A stretch of DNA of 64,000 bases, taken from Octopus sinensis. Its lineage: Eukaryota. Below the pieces are notes generated by a model that made no database searches, had not been told where the DNA came from, and was given only the letters and a program-made list of their open reading frames with translations. Of this stretch, positions 38,501-52,400 are shown one piece after another; within the stretch, counting starts at the first letter, position 1, and each line of letters opens with the position of its first letter. The translations under genes and the position numbers were made by a program. The DNA is taken from assembly GCF_006345805.1 (NCBI RefSeq), contig NC_043015.1, forward strand, positions 48,050,001 to 48,114,000, in the 5' to 3' direction.

Positions 38501-40137
38501 AGTATATTTATGTGTTGGGTGGTGTGTGTGTAGCCTAGTGGTTAGATTGTTGCACTCACAGCTGCAAGATTGTGGTTTCAATTTCGAGACCAGACAATGT
38601 TGTGAGTAAAACGCTTCATTTCATTGTTCAGTCTACTCAGCATCTCATTCAGGGGAAATTTTATGATCCCAGTCACTTATGACTGGCCCTCTTGAGCCAT
38701 GAGATTCAATACAGCACTCACTTATGTTTTGCTGCTTAATGATGCATAATAAGTATTTAAAAAATGTGAGCTGGTGGTTGTTGATGTTGATCCAATAAAA
38801 ATTGTTGTGAAATTATTAAATCATGTTTGTTTTGTTTAACCCTTTTGATACCAACCTACCTGAAACTGCCCTTGCTTCTATGATGCAAATTTGGTTTTAG
38901 AGTCACCATCATTAGCGTAGGAGTGGCTGTGTGGTAAGTAGCTTGCTTACCAACCACATGGTTCCGGGTTCAATCCCACTGCGTGGCACCTTGGGCAACT
39001 GTCTTCTACTATAGCCTTCGGCCAACCAAAGCCTTGTGAGTGGATTTGGTAGACGGAAACTGAAAGAAGCCTGTCGTATATATGTATATATATATGTGTT
39101 TGTCCCCCCCCCAACATCACTTGACAACCAATGCTGGTGTGTTTACGTCTCCGTAACTTAGCGGTTCGGCAAAAGAGACTGATAGAATAAGTATTAGGCT
39201 TACAATGAATAAGTCCTGGGGTTGATTTGCTCAACTAAAGGTGGTGCTCCAGCATGGCCACAGTCAAATGACTGACACAAATAAAAGAGTATCATTGTTT
39301 AATGTCCTCCTTCCATGCTGGCATGGGTTGGACAGTTTGACAGGAGCTGGCCTGACAGAAGACTGCACTATACTTCTGTGTCTGTTTTGGCGTGGTTTAT
39401 ACAGCTGGATGCCCTTCCTAACACCAACCGCCACACACAGTTGGCCAAGCGCTTTTTACGTGGCACCAGAACAGGCAAGGTCGGTTTTGGCATGGATTTT
39501 ACAGCTGGATGCCCTTCCAAATGCCAGCCACTGTACAGTGTGGACTGGTTGCTTTTTAAGTGGCACTAGCACTTACAGGGTCACCAATAACTTCCCAAAA
39601 CAAAGAATCTGAATGAAAATATTCCATTAAAATTTCATGTTAATTTTATACTCCAAACATCAGCTTTATAATGACGGTTGTCTTATTGAAAAGTTTTGAG
39701 ATGACACCTCTTGCAACTGTGTTTCTTACAACCATTTTTTGGTCATGTTGGTTTGTCTAGTTTTGGGACAGACTCCTAAAAAGATTCTAGTGTTTTCTCT
39801 TCAAGCAATATGTTGTGAAAGATTTTAATTTTTTAAACTTTTTTACTCATCATCATCATCATCGTTTAACGTCCGCTTTCCATGCTAGCATGGGTTGGAC
39901 GATTTGACTGAGGACTGGCAAACCAGATGGCTGCACCAAACTTCAATCTTGATCTGGCAGAGTTTCTACAGCTGGATGCCCTTCCTAACGCCAACCACTC
40001 CGAGAGTGTAGTGGGTGCTTTTACGTGCCACTGGCACGGGGCCAGTCAGGTGGTACTGGCAACAACCTCGCACGAATCTTTTAGACATGCCACCGGCATA
40101 GGTGCCAGTAAGGCAATGCTGGTAACGATCACTGCTG

Positions 40138-40168
<31 letters not shown>

Positions 40169-40377
40169 ATATATAGATATTTTTATAGATATATATTTTT
40201 TTAAGCCTGGTACTTATTCTATCAGTCTCTTTTGCTGAACCAAATGTTCTGGAGCTGTGAACACACCAGCACCAGTTGTCAAGTGGTGGAGGGGGGAACA
40301 CACAAATATATACATATATGTATATATATAGCGGCGTATGTGCACTTTGTTCTCTTATATGTAAATATACATATATA

Positions 40378-40441
<64 letters not shown>

Positions 40442-43400
40442 CATATACATACATACATACACAATAGGTTTCTTTCAGTTTCTGTCTACCAAATCCACTC
40501 AAACCTTTGGTCAGCCTAAGGCTATAGTGGAAGAAACTTGTCCAAGGTGTCATGCAGTGGGACCGAACGCAGAACCATGTGGTTGAGAAGCAAGCTTCTT
40601 ACCACACAGCTATGCCTAGTATTAATTAAAGGAGACAGGATCTAACTATCCATCATCATCATCATCAACATTGATTAATGTCCATTTTCCATACTGGCAT
40701 GGGTTGGATGGTTTAACAGGCACTGGCTGGCCAAGGAGCTGTCCAGACTCCAATTGTCTGTTGTGGCATGTTTTCTATGGATGGATGCCCTTCCTAATGC
40801 TAACCACTTTACAAAGTGTGCTGGGTGCTTTTTATGACGTGCCACTACACAGGAGTGTTTATGCAGCATTGGCACGAATGTATTTTATGTGGAATTGGCA
40901 CCTGGAAAGGACAAGCCTGTATGTATGGAAGACTGATTTTATTTAAATTGGTACCCGTGCCGGTGGCACATAAAAAGCACCATCCGATCGTGGCTGTTTG
41001 CCAGCCTCGTGTGGCACATAAAAGCACCCACTACACTCATGGAGTGGTTGGCATTAGGAAAGGCATCCAGCCGTAGAAACATTGCCAGATTAGACTGAGC
41101 CTGGTGCAGCCTTCTGGCTTCCCAAACCCCAGTTGAACCGTCCAACCCATGCTAGCATGGAGAGCAGACGCTAAACGATGATGATGATGGCACATCTCAA
41201 GTACAGGAAATCACTACAACTCCCAGTCCCTTGTCATTTCCTCATTGAGGCCCAGCATCCAAAGATCCCTTTTCACCACTTCATTCCACACCTTCCTAGG
41301 TCTACCTCTTCCACAAAACTGAGATACTGATCTATAACAATCTAGACATTATATATTTCATATTTTAGTTATCCAAGCATTAGGAGAACAGCTGAAGATG
41401 CGCCAACAAGTGATAGCTTCAGCAACTGTGTATTTCAAGAGATTTTATGCGAGGTAAGGTTTCCACTCTCATACTTTTATGGCATAACTTGTTTTCTGTG
41501 TTTAGACTTAACCCTTTAGCTTTCAGATTATTCTATCAAATGTAATGCTTATTTATTCACATTGCTTGGAATTTTGGAATTAATCATAAACTACCAGATT
41601 GTAAACTCTTGAAGCTACAAGATAATTTATTTTTAAAACAACATTGTAGAGTAGCTGTGAGGGGGCCAGTTTGAATATAAAGCATGTAAAGTATTTTGGC
41701 TGGATATGGCTGGTTTAAATGCTAAAGAGTTAAGTACAGGGTGGGACAAAGAGGATGGACGTTTTTGAATGAAAAATTCACAAAATCATTATTTGTAGAT
41801 ACAAATAAATTTAATTGACATCAATGTGTTTGTATTGAATTAGCATTTGTCAAAATCAAGTGTGGAAAACAACATCCATCATGTGGTGTCCGTTTTCATT
41901 GATGCATTTCTGAAGGCATTCTTGGAAGTTGGCCTCCACTCTCTCTAGCATTGCTTTGTGCATAGTCCCATGGTTTCACCTGTTGCCCAATGACCAATTT
42001 GTGCAGGTAGAAATGCAGGTCTTGATGCAAAATATACCTTACTGATCAATTAGCGATGCCAAGTTCAGTGGAATGTGTCTGAACAGAGTGATTCAGACTC
42101 CATATCAAAGCTTGTCTGATGCGTAACTGTTGTAGGCAAACATGCGATGCTCTATCGTCCACAGCTCCGTGGCTTTACCTGAAAAGAAAGAAAAATGCTA
42201 AGACACCATGGACCATTGGGGCTGAGTAATAGCCATTTCAAAAACGTCTATCGACCCTGAAAGGATGAAAGGCAAAATCAACCTTGGCAGAATTTGAACT
42301 CAGAACATAAAGACAGATGAAATACTGCTAAGCATTTCACCTGGCGTACTAATGATTCTGCCAACTTGCCACCTTTGTATGCCTTTCTTAATTCCAACCA
42401 CTTTACAGAGTGTACTGAGTGTTTTTTATGTGGCACTACAATTGGGAGGAAAAGCCAGAAATGTTATATTAAAAGGAAGTACTGACCTAATAATGTTCAT
42501 TCCTGATAGTCATAAACGGTAAGCAAGAGGCAGAAGATAAGAGAAATGAATGATTGGAGCATTGCAAGATAATGGTTCTAGATTGACAATTGTTATATTG
42601 TGAAATCAGGAATAAAAATTGTCACTTCAATAAAGTAAAGAATTAAGTTCTGTTTTAAATATTTCATTAAATAGAAGAAAAATTTCTGATATATTTGGTG
42701 AGTAGCTTAGCAAAACAAGGAACATTTCTGAATATTTTACTGAATAAAATAAATCAGATTTAATCAGCTTTCCTAAATTACTAGAATAGATTCCATAGAC
42801 ATTAAGGACAATTTTCAGTTATGTCTTTTACTATTTTTATTTCCAGGAATTCCCTCCGGTCTATTGATCCATGGTTAATGGCTCCAACATGTATTTTTTT
42901 AGCTTCCAAAGTTGAGGTGAGTGACCTTGTCGATTATTCCATTTATTTCTCATTTGGAATGTGACCTAGAAAAGAAAAATAATTTTTGTCAAAGAAAAGT
43001 AATTTTACAATAAACTTACTAAAATGTCAGACACCATTTGAGAAAGGAAAGTTGGCTTTGCTGGTCATTGGTGGAGAAAAGAGAAGCAGTTGGTTAGTGA
43101 TACTGCATGGTGCAGACGGTATTTGAGGACACATGCATTTTTAGTCATTATTTTTATTGAACTTCTATTTCAGAAAATAACAATGACAGCCCCTATGCTT
43201 ACTAATGAAACGAAAAGGCATGCTGTGATTGGGGCTTTGAAGGCTAAGCATGGTGATTTAGAAATTTCTTGTTTTCTAAAAGTTACAAGATCTTTTGTCT
43301 ACAAGATTCAGTGTCAGTTAGAGAAAGATGGAAGTGTATTATCTGTATCAAAATGTAAAAACATTCCAAATGCTCTGATTTTATCAGGACACCTCAATTT

Positions 43401-46400
43401 ATTCAGGAAGTTAAGCAAAACATTGAAGATAATCCAGGAAAATAAATGAGGTCAACTGCAAAAATATTTTGTGTGTCAGAAAAAACAATCAGAAATGTTT
43501 TGCACAAAGCTATCAGATACAAATCTTTCATGTCAGAAAAACAAAAGAAAACTATTTAATCAGATCCAAAAGACTTTTGAACAAACTTAAAAATTCATCA
43601 GAAAATAGTGTGATTTGACCAGGACCAGAAAACTAACAGAAGAAATGACAGATGGCTATGTGCAGACCCTTCTGAGATTCCAAGAGTAATGCACACAAAA
43701 TTTCCTGCAAGTATCATGGTCTGGGGTGTTGTTAGCAATAAAGGACGTAATGCATCCTCACTTTTTTCCCCACAAGGCCTTAGGGTGAATGCTGCTGCAT
43801 ATATTGAGGTTCTGGATAAAGTTGTTAAGCCTTGGATCAACAGTGTATGCAATGGAAGGTCTTATGTCTTTCAAAAAGACTCTGCACCATCACACAAGGC
43901 TTAAATGAGAAAAGAATTGATGGCCGATTTACATGATCACATCACCCCCAACATTAGGCCTCCTAACTCTCCAGATCTCAATCCACTGAACTACTATGTA
44001 TGGAACATTATTGCGGAAAATGTCAAAGATTCTTTGAAAGCCACCATAGTTTGAGTCATGTCTGATATGAACAAGGACCACTTAATCTGAGCTTGTAAGC
44101 AATTTGGACCCCACGTAGAGGCAGTTATTGATGCTTATGGTGGTTTTATTGAATGAAATTATTAAATTGATAATTTAACTTTGTTTATTATTTTTACAAA
44201 AATACATTTTTCTTTTCCTGTTATTATATAAGCGTTTTTTTAAAACCATAAATCTGTCCTCAAATACTGTCCACACCCTGTATACTTGTGGTGGTAGTGA
44301 TGATGATGGTTATAATTGCATTAATGGCTTTGTGATGACCTATAGCAAATAATGATTGAATGAATCAGGATGTTGCCATGAGAAATTAGCATGTGACATG
44401 GGGGATAGAGATGGGTGGGGGAACAGGGTCATGTGGATTTGAACAAGTTGGGTTCTATGATGATGATTATTTTGAAGAAATATCAGACATATAACTACAT
44501 TAACAGGGTCCTGTCTCCCCTAGTTTTATTCAAATACCACATTACTTGTCTATTTTATTTTACAGTGATTAAAGAATAACTTAAATATTTAAAAGCTGAT
44601 AATTACTGAAGACTTAATTTGGTTATCAAATAGCAACATATTCATCTAACTTATTCTTGCATAGGAAAATGAACACAAAAATGAATGGGCATATGAATTT
44701 TCAGTAATTTAGTTGTATCATTGTGAGGATTTGGTAGATTTGGTTCAAAAGATGAATACCATACTTTCTAGCGTACAAGTCAAACTTTTCAGACAAAAAT
44801 TTACAGCCCAAAGACGGCAGGTTGATTTATACGTCAGGACTACATTATAGGACCAAAAATTCCCTGTGAAATGCGACAGAATTTGGAAAGACAGTGTTGA
44901 TGTTTGAATGTTTACACTATATACTGCTTCAATTAATGTCAGGAAATACGGTACTTGGGTTTCACTGTAATCTTTGACATACAGCATTGTTGCCGTATGA
45001 CCCATGTCGGTAACAGGTACCTTCGGTTGCTGGCTTTTGCTTACTGTATACCAATATTTGTATTTGCAACTCTTTCTACTCTGTGCCATCATGATTAGTT
45101 GAGACGGTTGTTTCAAGAAAAGAAACGAAATTATTTATTGCTATGGTTTAGTCAGTTTGTCTTATAACAAAACTAATAAAGTTTCTGAAATTTCTTTGTT
45201 TTCTGAAAGTTACAAGATCTTTTGTCTACAAGATTCAGTGTAAGTTAGAGAAAGAAGATGGAAGTGTATTATCTGTAACAAAATGTAAAAACATTCCAAA
45301 TGCTCTGATTTTATCAGGACACCTCAATTTATTCAGGAAGTTAAGCAAAACATTGAAGACAATCCAGGAAAATCAATGAGGTCAACTGCAAAAATAGTTT
45401 GTGTGTCAGAAAAAGCAATCAGAAATGTTTTGCGTGAAGACATCAGATAAAAATCTTACATGATGAGGAGAGGTCAGTTCATGTCAGAAAAACAAAAGAA
45501 AACTGTTTAATCAGATCCAAAAGACTTTTGAACAAACTTAAAAATTCATCAGAAGATAGTGTGATTTTTAGGTATTATTTAGTGATGAAAGTAAGACTAG
45601 TTTTGACTGTTGGTTATGTAGCTGTGATGAAATTTAGGTAAATAGTGTCTCTTGATGACAAATAAATAGAAACCTGCCCTTATTGAGAGGAACAAATATA
45701 GTTTTGGATGTATCATGCAAAAATGGTTGAGTGCACAAGAGATGAGAAAACAAGTATTTTGGCTAATTTATTCATGAAAGATGGCCATGTTTGTATGGTG
45801 GTGTTGGGATGAGGCAGAGAAAGACCAGAGAAATCTTTTCATTAAATCCCATAGATGAAATAATGCAAGATAGGAGTTTTCCTAGTGTGATCCCTTCAAC
45901 TGATACGGGTCCAGAAAAACAAAGGATAATAAAACAAAGAAAGGTTGAAATTTAGGAAAACTGTTTTGTTTTGATAATTATAAAATATCGTTGCTAAATT
46001 CTGTTTTTTTTTTTTTTATCTTCCTCCGATTATTAGGAATTTGGAGTAATATCAAATAACAAGCTTATGACTACTTGTCAGAACGTTGGTAAGTATAGAG
46101 AAACCATTGAAAATTATTTATTCAACAGATACGAGTTGTTTCAAATATGTTTGAGATCATATTTTAATGAAATACTTCAAATGTTTTAATTAATTTTGAA
46201 AACATCAAGAATTTTGTGGGATTTAGTTAAATAAGTTTTCCCTATTCAGCTGATTCATAGAACATATATGAACATTTAACGTGGTTTTAGAGTCAAGTTT
46301 TGACTGCTATTTCCAGTGTGGAGGTATCTCTTAGATACCCTAGATTATAATATATATATTATATTATGCTGGAGCCTATGCGGCAGGTATTTAAAGGGAG

Positions 46401-49400
46401 AAATTTGACAAGACAGTCAGTCACCGGCTGACACTCGCTGACGATACATCGAAGAGAACAGAAGAAAGAAGACATGCACCCAACACCAGAGCTGAAGACA
46501 CCTCCAAAAGGAGGGGGCCCTGCCATGTCAAAACGGTAGAGGAGTAGGGGCCAAAACCGGATGTGATTCCTCCTGGTGATGTCTTGAGCTAACTGGATCC
46601 TATAAAGGAGCTGTTGTGGTGGCAGACCATGAAACACGGTTGTAATTCCCCTATATATATATTGTTTAGAAGTATGATGTTGTGAGATGCTAGTGGTCAA
46701 CAGTTTTGTAGGAGCTCTATGGTTGAAATACAACCTGGCTATTGGTCAGACTTCACGTTTTTAATTATTATCAAATATTTGAAGAATTTTTTGCCAATTT
46801 ATTTAATTTTTTGTTTCAGTGAAAACCAAGTTCTCTCATGCTTATACCCAAGAATACCCTTATCGTATAAATAGTGTTTTAGAGTGTGAGTTTTATTTAT
46901 TAGAAATGATGGTAAGTAAAATAATTTTATTTTCACATTGTAACTTTCTTTTATGAAAAGGCAATCTTTATATCCATCTTAAACATGTGTTTTGTTAGAA
47001 CACTGAATACCCTGGTATTAAGCCTTAAGGGTTCCTCATGTGGTTACATGGGGCATAAAAGCATAGATATATATCATAGACGGGGGGGAGTCTGTTATGG
47101 GCACTGGAGCTGCCAGATGATGTGATTTTAGTCTATTGGACTTCCTCACTGGCAGGTGTCTGGACCATGTTTACCAGCATGGACATCAGACTTCAAAAAC
47201 TAGTTAACCATTCAATGGTTTTAGTAAATTTATACAGAAAAAGTAAGCAATATACCATCCAGCATAAATAAAAGTCAACTTAGTTATGCGTATTTAAGCC
47301 ATTATTTTCTCTGTAAAAATCTATTCTGACATTAAATGAGTCAACTTCTGGTATGAATTTTTACGTTTTGTTTGTCTTATTTCAACAAAAAAATTTCTAA
47401 ACAAAATTCTGGAAACGATCTACTTATGTAATTTGCGCACCCCCTAAAGTTTATTTTTATTTTTGCGAAAAAAGTGCTTAAAAGTGCATGCCAGCCTCAT
47501 CTTGCAGCCATGACATAGTGTCTTTTCAGTGACTGATGTTGCAAGAGTTTTCTGTTTAGCTGGTTACACAGTTTAAAATTTGTGTATATGGTTGTGCGGG
47601 TTAAGAAGTTTGCTTGCTGACCACGTAGTTTCAGGCTCGGTACCACTGTGTAGCACCACAAGTAAATGTCCTCTACTGTACCTCTATATACATTCGTGCT
47701 GGTGCCATATAAAAAGCGCTTATGCCTGAACCACATGTAGCACTTGTGCTGGTGTCACATAAAAGTACCCAGCACATTCTGTAAGGTGGTTGGCATTAGG
47801 AAGGGCATCCAGCCACAGAAACCATGCCAAAGCAGGCAGACTAGAGCCCAGTTGGCTTTCCAGCTGGCCAGCTCTTATCAAACCACCCAGCCCATGCCAG
47901 CATGGGAAACATGTTAAATGATGATGATGATGACATATACATACATACACACACACACATATATATTGTAAAAACCCATGTAATTTGCACACCTGTGTAA
48001 TTTACACAGGTGATTTTCAGGATAAAATTTATTAAAAAAAAGCTTCTACTCATGTAAAATTCGCACCCAAAAGTTTTCAGAATTGCCAATACAGGCAGGG
48101 AAAAAATGGTCTTCATTTTAGTTGTATTTAGCATAATTTCACTTACTTATGATTAGATTTAATAAATTTTCACTAAATAAAAATAATTTCTGTTTAACAG
48201 GTATCACATTGAAAGCTATTAAATTACAAAGTGTTTGTGTTGTTTATCGTAAACTTTATTTTACATTTCTTGCCCACAAGAGATTATGTCTGATCTTTAG
48301 AATACTGCTGTATGTATTCTCAAATCACGATCCCAGGAAAAGTTGTTGATAAGAATTACCAACAAAAACAAAACTGATAAATACACACAGGTTTTGCAAA
48401 TTAAGCTTGGCTGACACTTTGCTCAACCGACAGAGGAAGGTGACCGATCAAACTGATTATGTAAACAGAATTCTTTTCTGCCTGTTTTTGTCGGAACCTT
48501 TGATATGGAGTATTGAAATTTTAATCCCTTTCACACTTATAAAATGTCAAGCAAACTTTAAAATTTGCCATTACCATTATTGTCAGAAGAACTTATGAAT
48601 CGTTTACTGCAAAAGAGAAATTAAATATATGTTCCATTGCGATAGGTAGAAGCTCCAAGCAATGTAAAATATGGCCTGGACCATGTTTACCAGCATGAAC
48701 ATCAGGCTTCAAAAACTAGTTAAGCATTTAATGGTTTTAGTAAATTTATACAGAAAAAGTAAGCATTATACTGTCCAGCATAAATAAAAGTCAACTTAGT
48801 TATGTGTATTTAAGCCATTATTTTCTCTGTAGAAATCTATTCTGGCAATTAAATGAGTCAACTTCTAGTGTGAATTTTTACATTTTATTTCATCAAAAGA
48901 ATTTCTAAGAAAAATTCTGGCAATGATCTACTTATGTAATTTACGCACCCCCTAAAGTTTATTTTTATTTTTGCGGGAAAATGCTTCAATTACATGGGTT
49001 TTTACGGTATACATGCATACATACATACACACACATATACATATAAAACCATATATACACACATATATATATTTATGTTTATTTTACCCTAGGATTGCTG
49101 TTTGGTTCTTTATCATCCGTATCGACCTCTCATACAATATTGTGCTGACCTTGGACAAGATGACAACCTACTACCTGTTGCATGGTAAGGCTTCACTATT
49201 TCTTAGCGTTTAGTTTCTCTTATAATAAACATCTTTTGTATACATTTAGCAGGATTCAGTGTCAATGTCTGATGAATGTAAAATCCTTTCTTGAGAGATA
49301 ACATGTAAAAGTAACTAATTTCAGTCAAGAAACATTTTAAACTTTTATCACTTAAACCTGTAGTTCCCAAACATTTTCAGGCTGCTGCCCACTTGGCATC

Positions 49401-52400
49401 CAGGCCACATTCCTAGCGCCCCACTCCTCACCACAAATGTAGACCACTTTCTCCAGCAAATTCAAAACAACTGTATTTCACAAATATAACTTAAACCTAA
49501 TTAACTTATTAATATGTATATATTTTTTTACATCTGTTACCCCGTTTTGGCCACCCCATTATCATTTCACTTTTCTTCAATGTACCCTGGATCTTTCCAC
49601 TGCCCACTTTGGAAACCACTGATTTAAACTGACCATGACGGTCTCAAATATTCTACGCATTTTATATTCAAACTGGCCAGATCCAGCCTCAAACATCAAA
49701 CCCTACAATGCCTGATACATACAAGCTTGGGAAATGGAATGTTAAACTGAGGATATTATATCATATCAGACTATGAATAATTAAATCATAACAGTTATTA
49801 TAGTCCACTCTGAATTGTGTCATTCAAAACATTATATTTCACAAACAATACACAATGCTTCAAGTATTCCGCAAAAACCTGTCTGGCCATGGGGGAAATA
49901 TTACCTGGCTTGGAAATAAGTGAAGGTTGGCAACAAGTAGGACATCTGACTGTAAAAATCTGCCTTTGCAAATTCTGTCCAACCTATGTGAGCATAGAAA
50001 TGTGGACATTAAAACAAAATGATGATATGGAATCTTGAAGCTACAAAATAATGCATGATTAATTCAAAACTGAATAAACAAACATTACATTTGCCAGTCA
50101 TCTCAGTGCTAAGGGATTAAATTACTGGTTTGATTAAGAATTGTTCTCTATTATATATTTTAACCCTTTTGTTCAGCTAGTGTTAGGAACATAAATTGTG
50201 ACTAAGGTTTGGTGGAAGATTTTAATTCAAAACTTATGAAAACAAGACATTTGTACTCAGAGCCAGAGCCAGTTTCAGCCAGGTTGGTATTGAAAGGGTT
50301 AAGAATTGTTTCTCTATTTTAACCCTTTTGTTACCATATTTCTGTTGAGATGCTCTGTGTTTCTTTCAATTACTTTAAATATAACAAAGAATTTAGTAAA
50401 ATAACTTAGTTATCATTAAGCTAGTGTTAGGAACATAAATTGTGACTAAGGTTTGGTGGAATATTTTAATTCAAAACTTATGAAAACAAGATATTTGTAC
50501 TCAGAGCCAGATCCAGTTTCAGCCGGGTTGGTAATGAAGGGGTTAAAATAAAATTTGTTTCTAACAATCATATACAAATTTGTGTTTACAATATCAAACA
50601 TTGAAGGTGTGACAACAATAACTTAAGTGTAAATGGTTGTAGAATGGCTTCATAAAGAGACAGGTAAGAGAAAGGTCGGGGTGGGGATCACCAGTTATGG
50701 CTGTAGTCAAATAACTGAAACAAATAAAACAGTAAAAGACCCTAACCACTAAACCATGTGTCTTCTATCCATAGTATGTTATATTATTTAAATATGGTGA
50801 TATTGGTGGAGTAAGTAGTTGTTTAAAGTAGGATGTAAAAGTTAAAAGCTGAATAGGTATTTTGGTGGGTGGGGTTGTCTTAAAACATTTTTTTATATTC
50901 AATAACAAGTTAGTCATTTTGAGAATGAAAAGGCTACCTTTTTATTGAATACAACAGTGACTGGTTGTCAGTTTAGCATGCTGGATTACTAAGCATATGC
51001 TTGTAATTTCAAAGTTTACTACTAGAATCATTGTGGCTTGACCCCGTTCTAGAAAGCTTGACTGACATTAAACAGGTTTGCACTGTTTTTTTTGTTTTTT
51101 TTCTCTTATGGTTAAGTAGGTTAGCAAGTCGGAAGGTCATCCAACTGGAAAAGCAATTACTTTAAAAGAAATTATCAACAAATGGATGGGACAAATAAAA
51201 TTTGAAAAAAAAAGATTAAATATATAGGCGCAGGAGTGGCTGTGTGGTAAGTAGCTTGCTAACCAACCACATGGTTCCGGGTTCAGTCCCACTGCTTGGC
51301 ATCTTGGGCAAGTGTCTTTTGCTATAGCCCCGGGCCGACCAATGCCTTGTGAGTGGATTTGGTAGACGGAAACTGAAAGAAGCCCGTCGTATATATGTAT
51401 ATATATGTGTGTGTGTATGTGTTTGTTTGTCTGTGTTTGTACCCCTAGCATTGCTTGACAACCGATGCTGGTGTGTTTACATTGCCGTCACTTAGCGGTT
51501 CGGCAAAAAGAGAATGATAGAATAAGTACTGGGCTTACAAAGAATAAGTCTTGGGGTCGATTTGCTCAACTAAAGGTGGTGCTCCAGCATGGCCACTGTC
51601 AAAGGACTGAATCAAGTAAAAGAGTAAAAGAAAGAGAGATAAAAGTTTTTAGCTGAGGCTATTCTCTCCATTTCTATCATAAATAGGATAGTCTGTGTTG
51701 CTACCTGAGGACACATATTTAGCCCTTATGTGCTACAGGTGTTCTTTTATTTGATGTTTACTGTATTTTCCAGCATCACTGGCACTCTTGTTGGTTATGA
51801 TGACAAGGGTTTCAGGTGATGTCATCAACGGAACAGCCTCCTCGTGGAATTAACATGCAAGTGGCTGAGTACTCCACAGACATACATACACAGAATGTGA
51901 CAAGGTTGGCCCTTTGAAAAACAGGTACAGCTCATTTTTACCAGCTGAGTGGACTGGAGCAACATGAAATAGAGTGTCTTTTGCTCAACTATACAATGTG
52001 CTGTCAGGTATTGAACTTGCAACCTTGTGATTGTGAGCCAAATACCCTAAGCATTTAGCCATGTGCTTTTCAGGTAAATGAGTTGAATTTTTCAGACCAA
52101 AATTTACAGCCCCCCAAAAAGGTCGGTCAGCTTATACACCAAGATGAATTTGGAGGACCAAACATTCCATGTGGAATGCAGCAGGATTTGGAAACATAGT
52201 GACAATGTTTGAATGTTACTCTACATGTCCACACTATATGTTACTTGAACTTGTACACTGGAAAATACAGTACAAATTTTACAAATTTAGCTCTGATTCA
52301 CTGGTGTAAAGGTAACACACTTAGTGCTAACAAAGGGATGTGGGTTCGTCTCCCACGTGGATAGGAAAGCCTTCTTTTAGGTGCAGGAGTGGCTGTGTGG

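Noticed and set aside
52297-52361. tRNA-like sequence with a perfect T-arm (GTGGG-TTCGTCT-CCCAC)
   Set aside because: The anticodon arm is disrupted, so it is at best a pseudogene or SINE head rather than a functional tRNA
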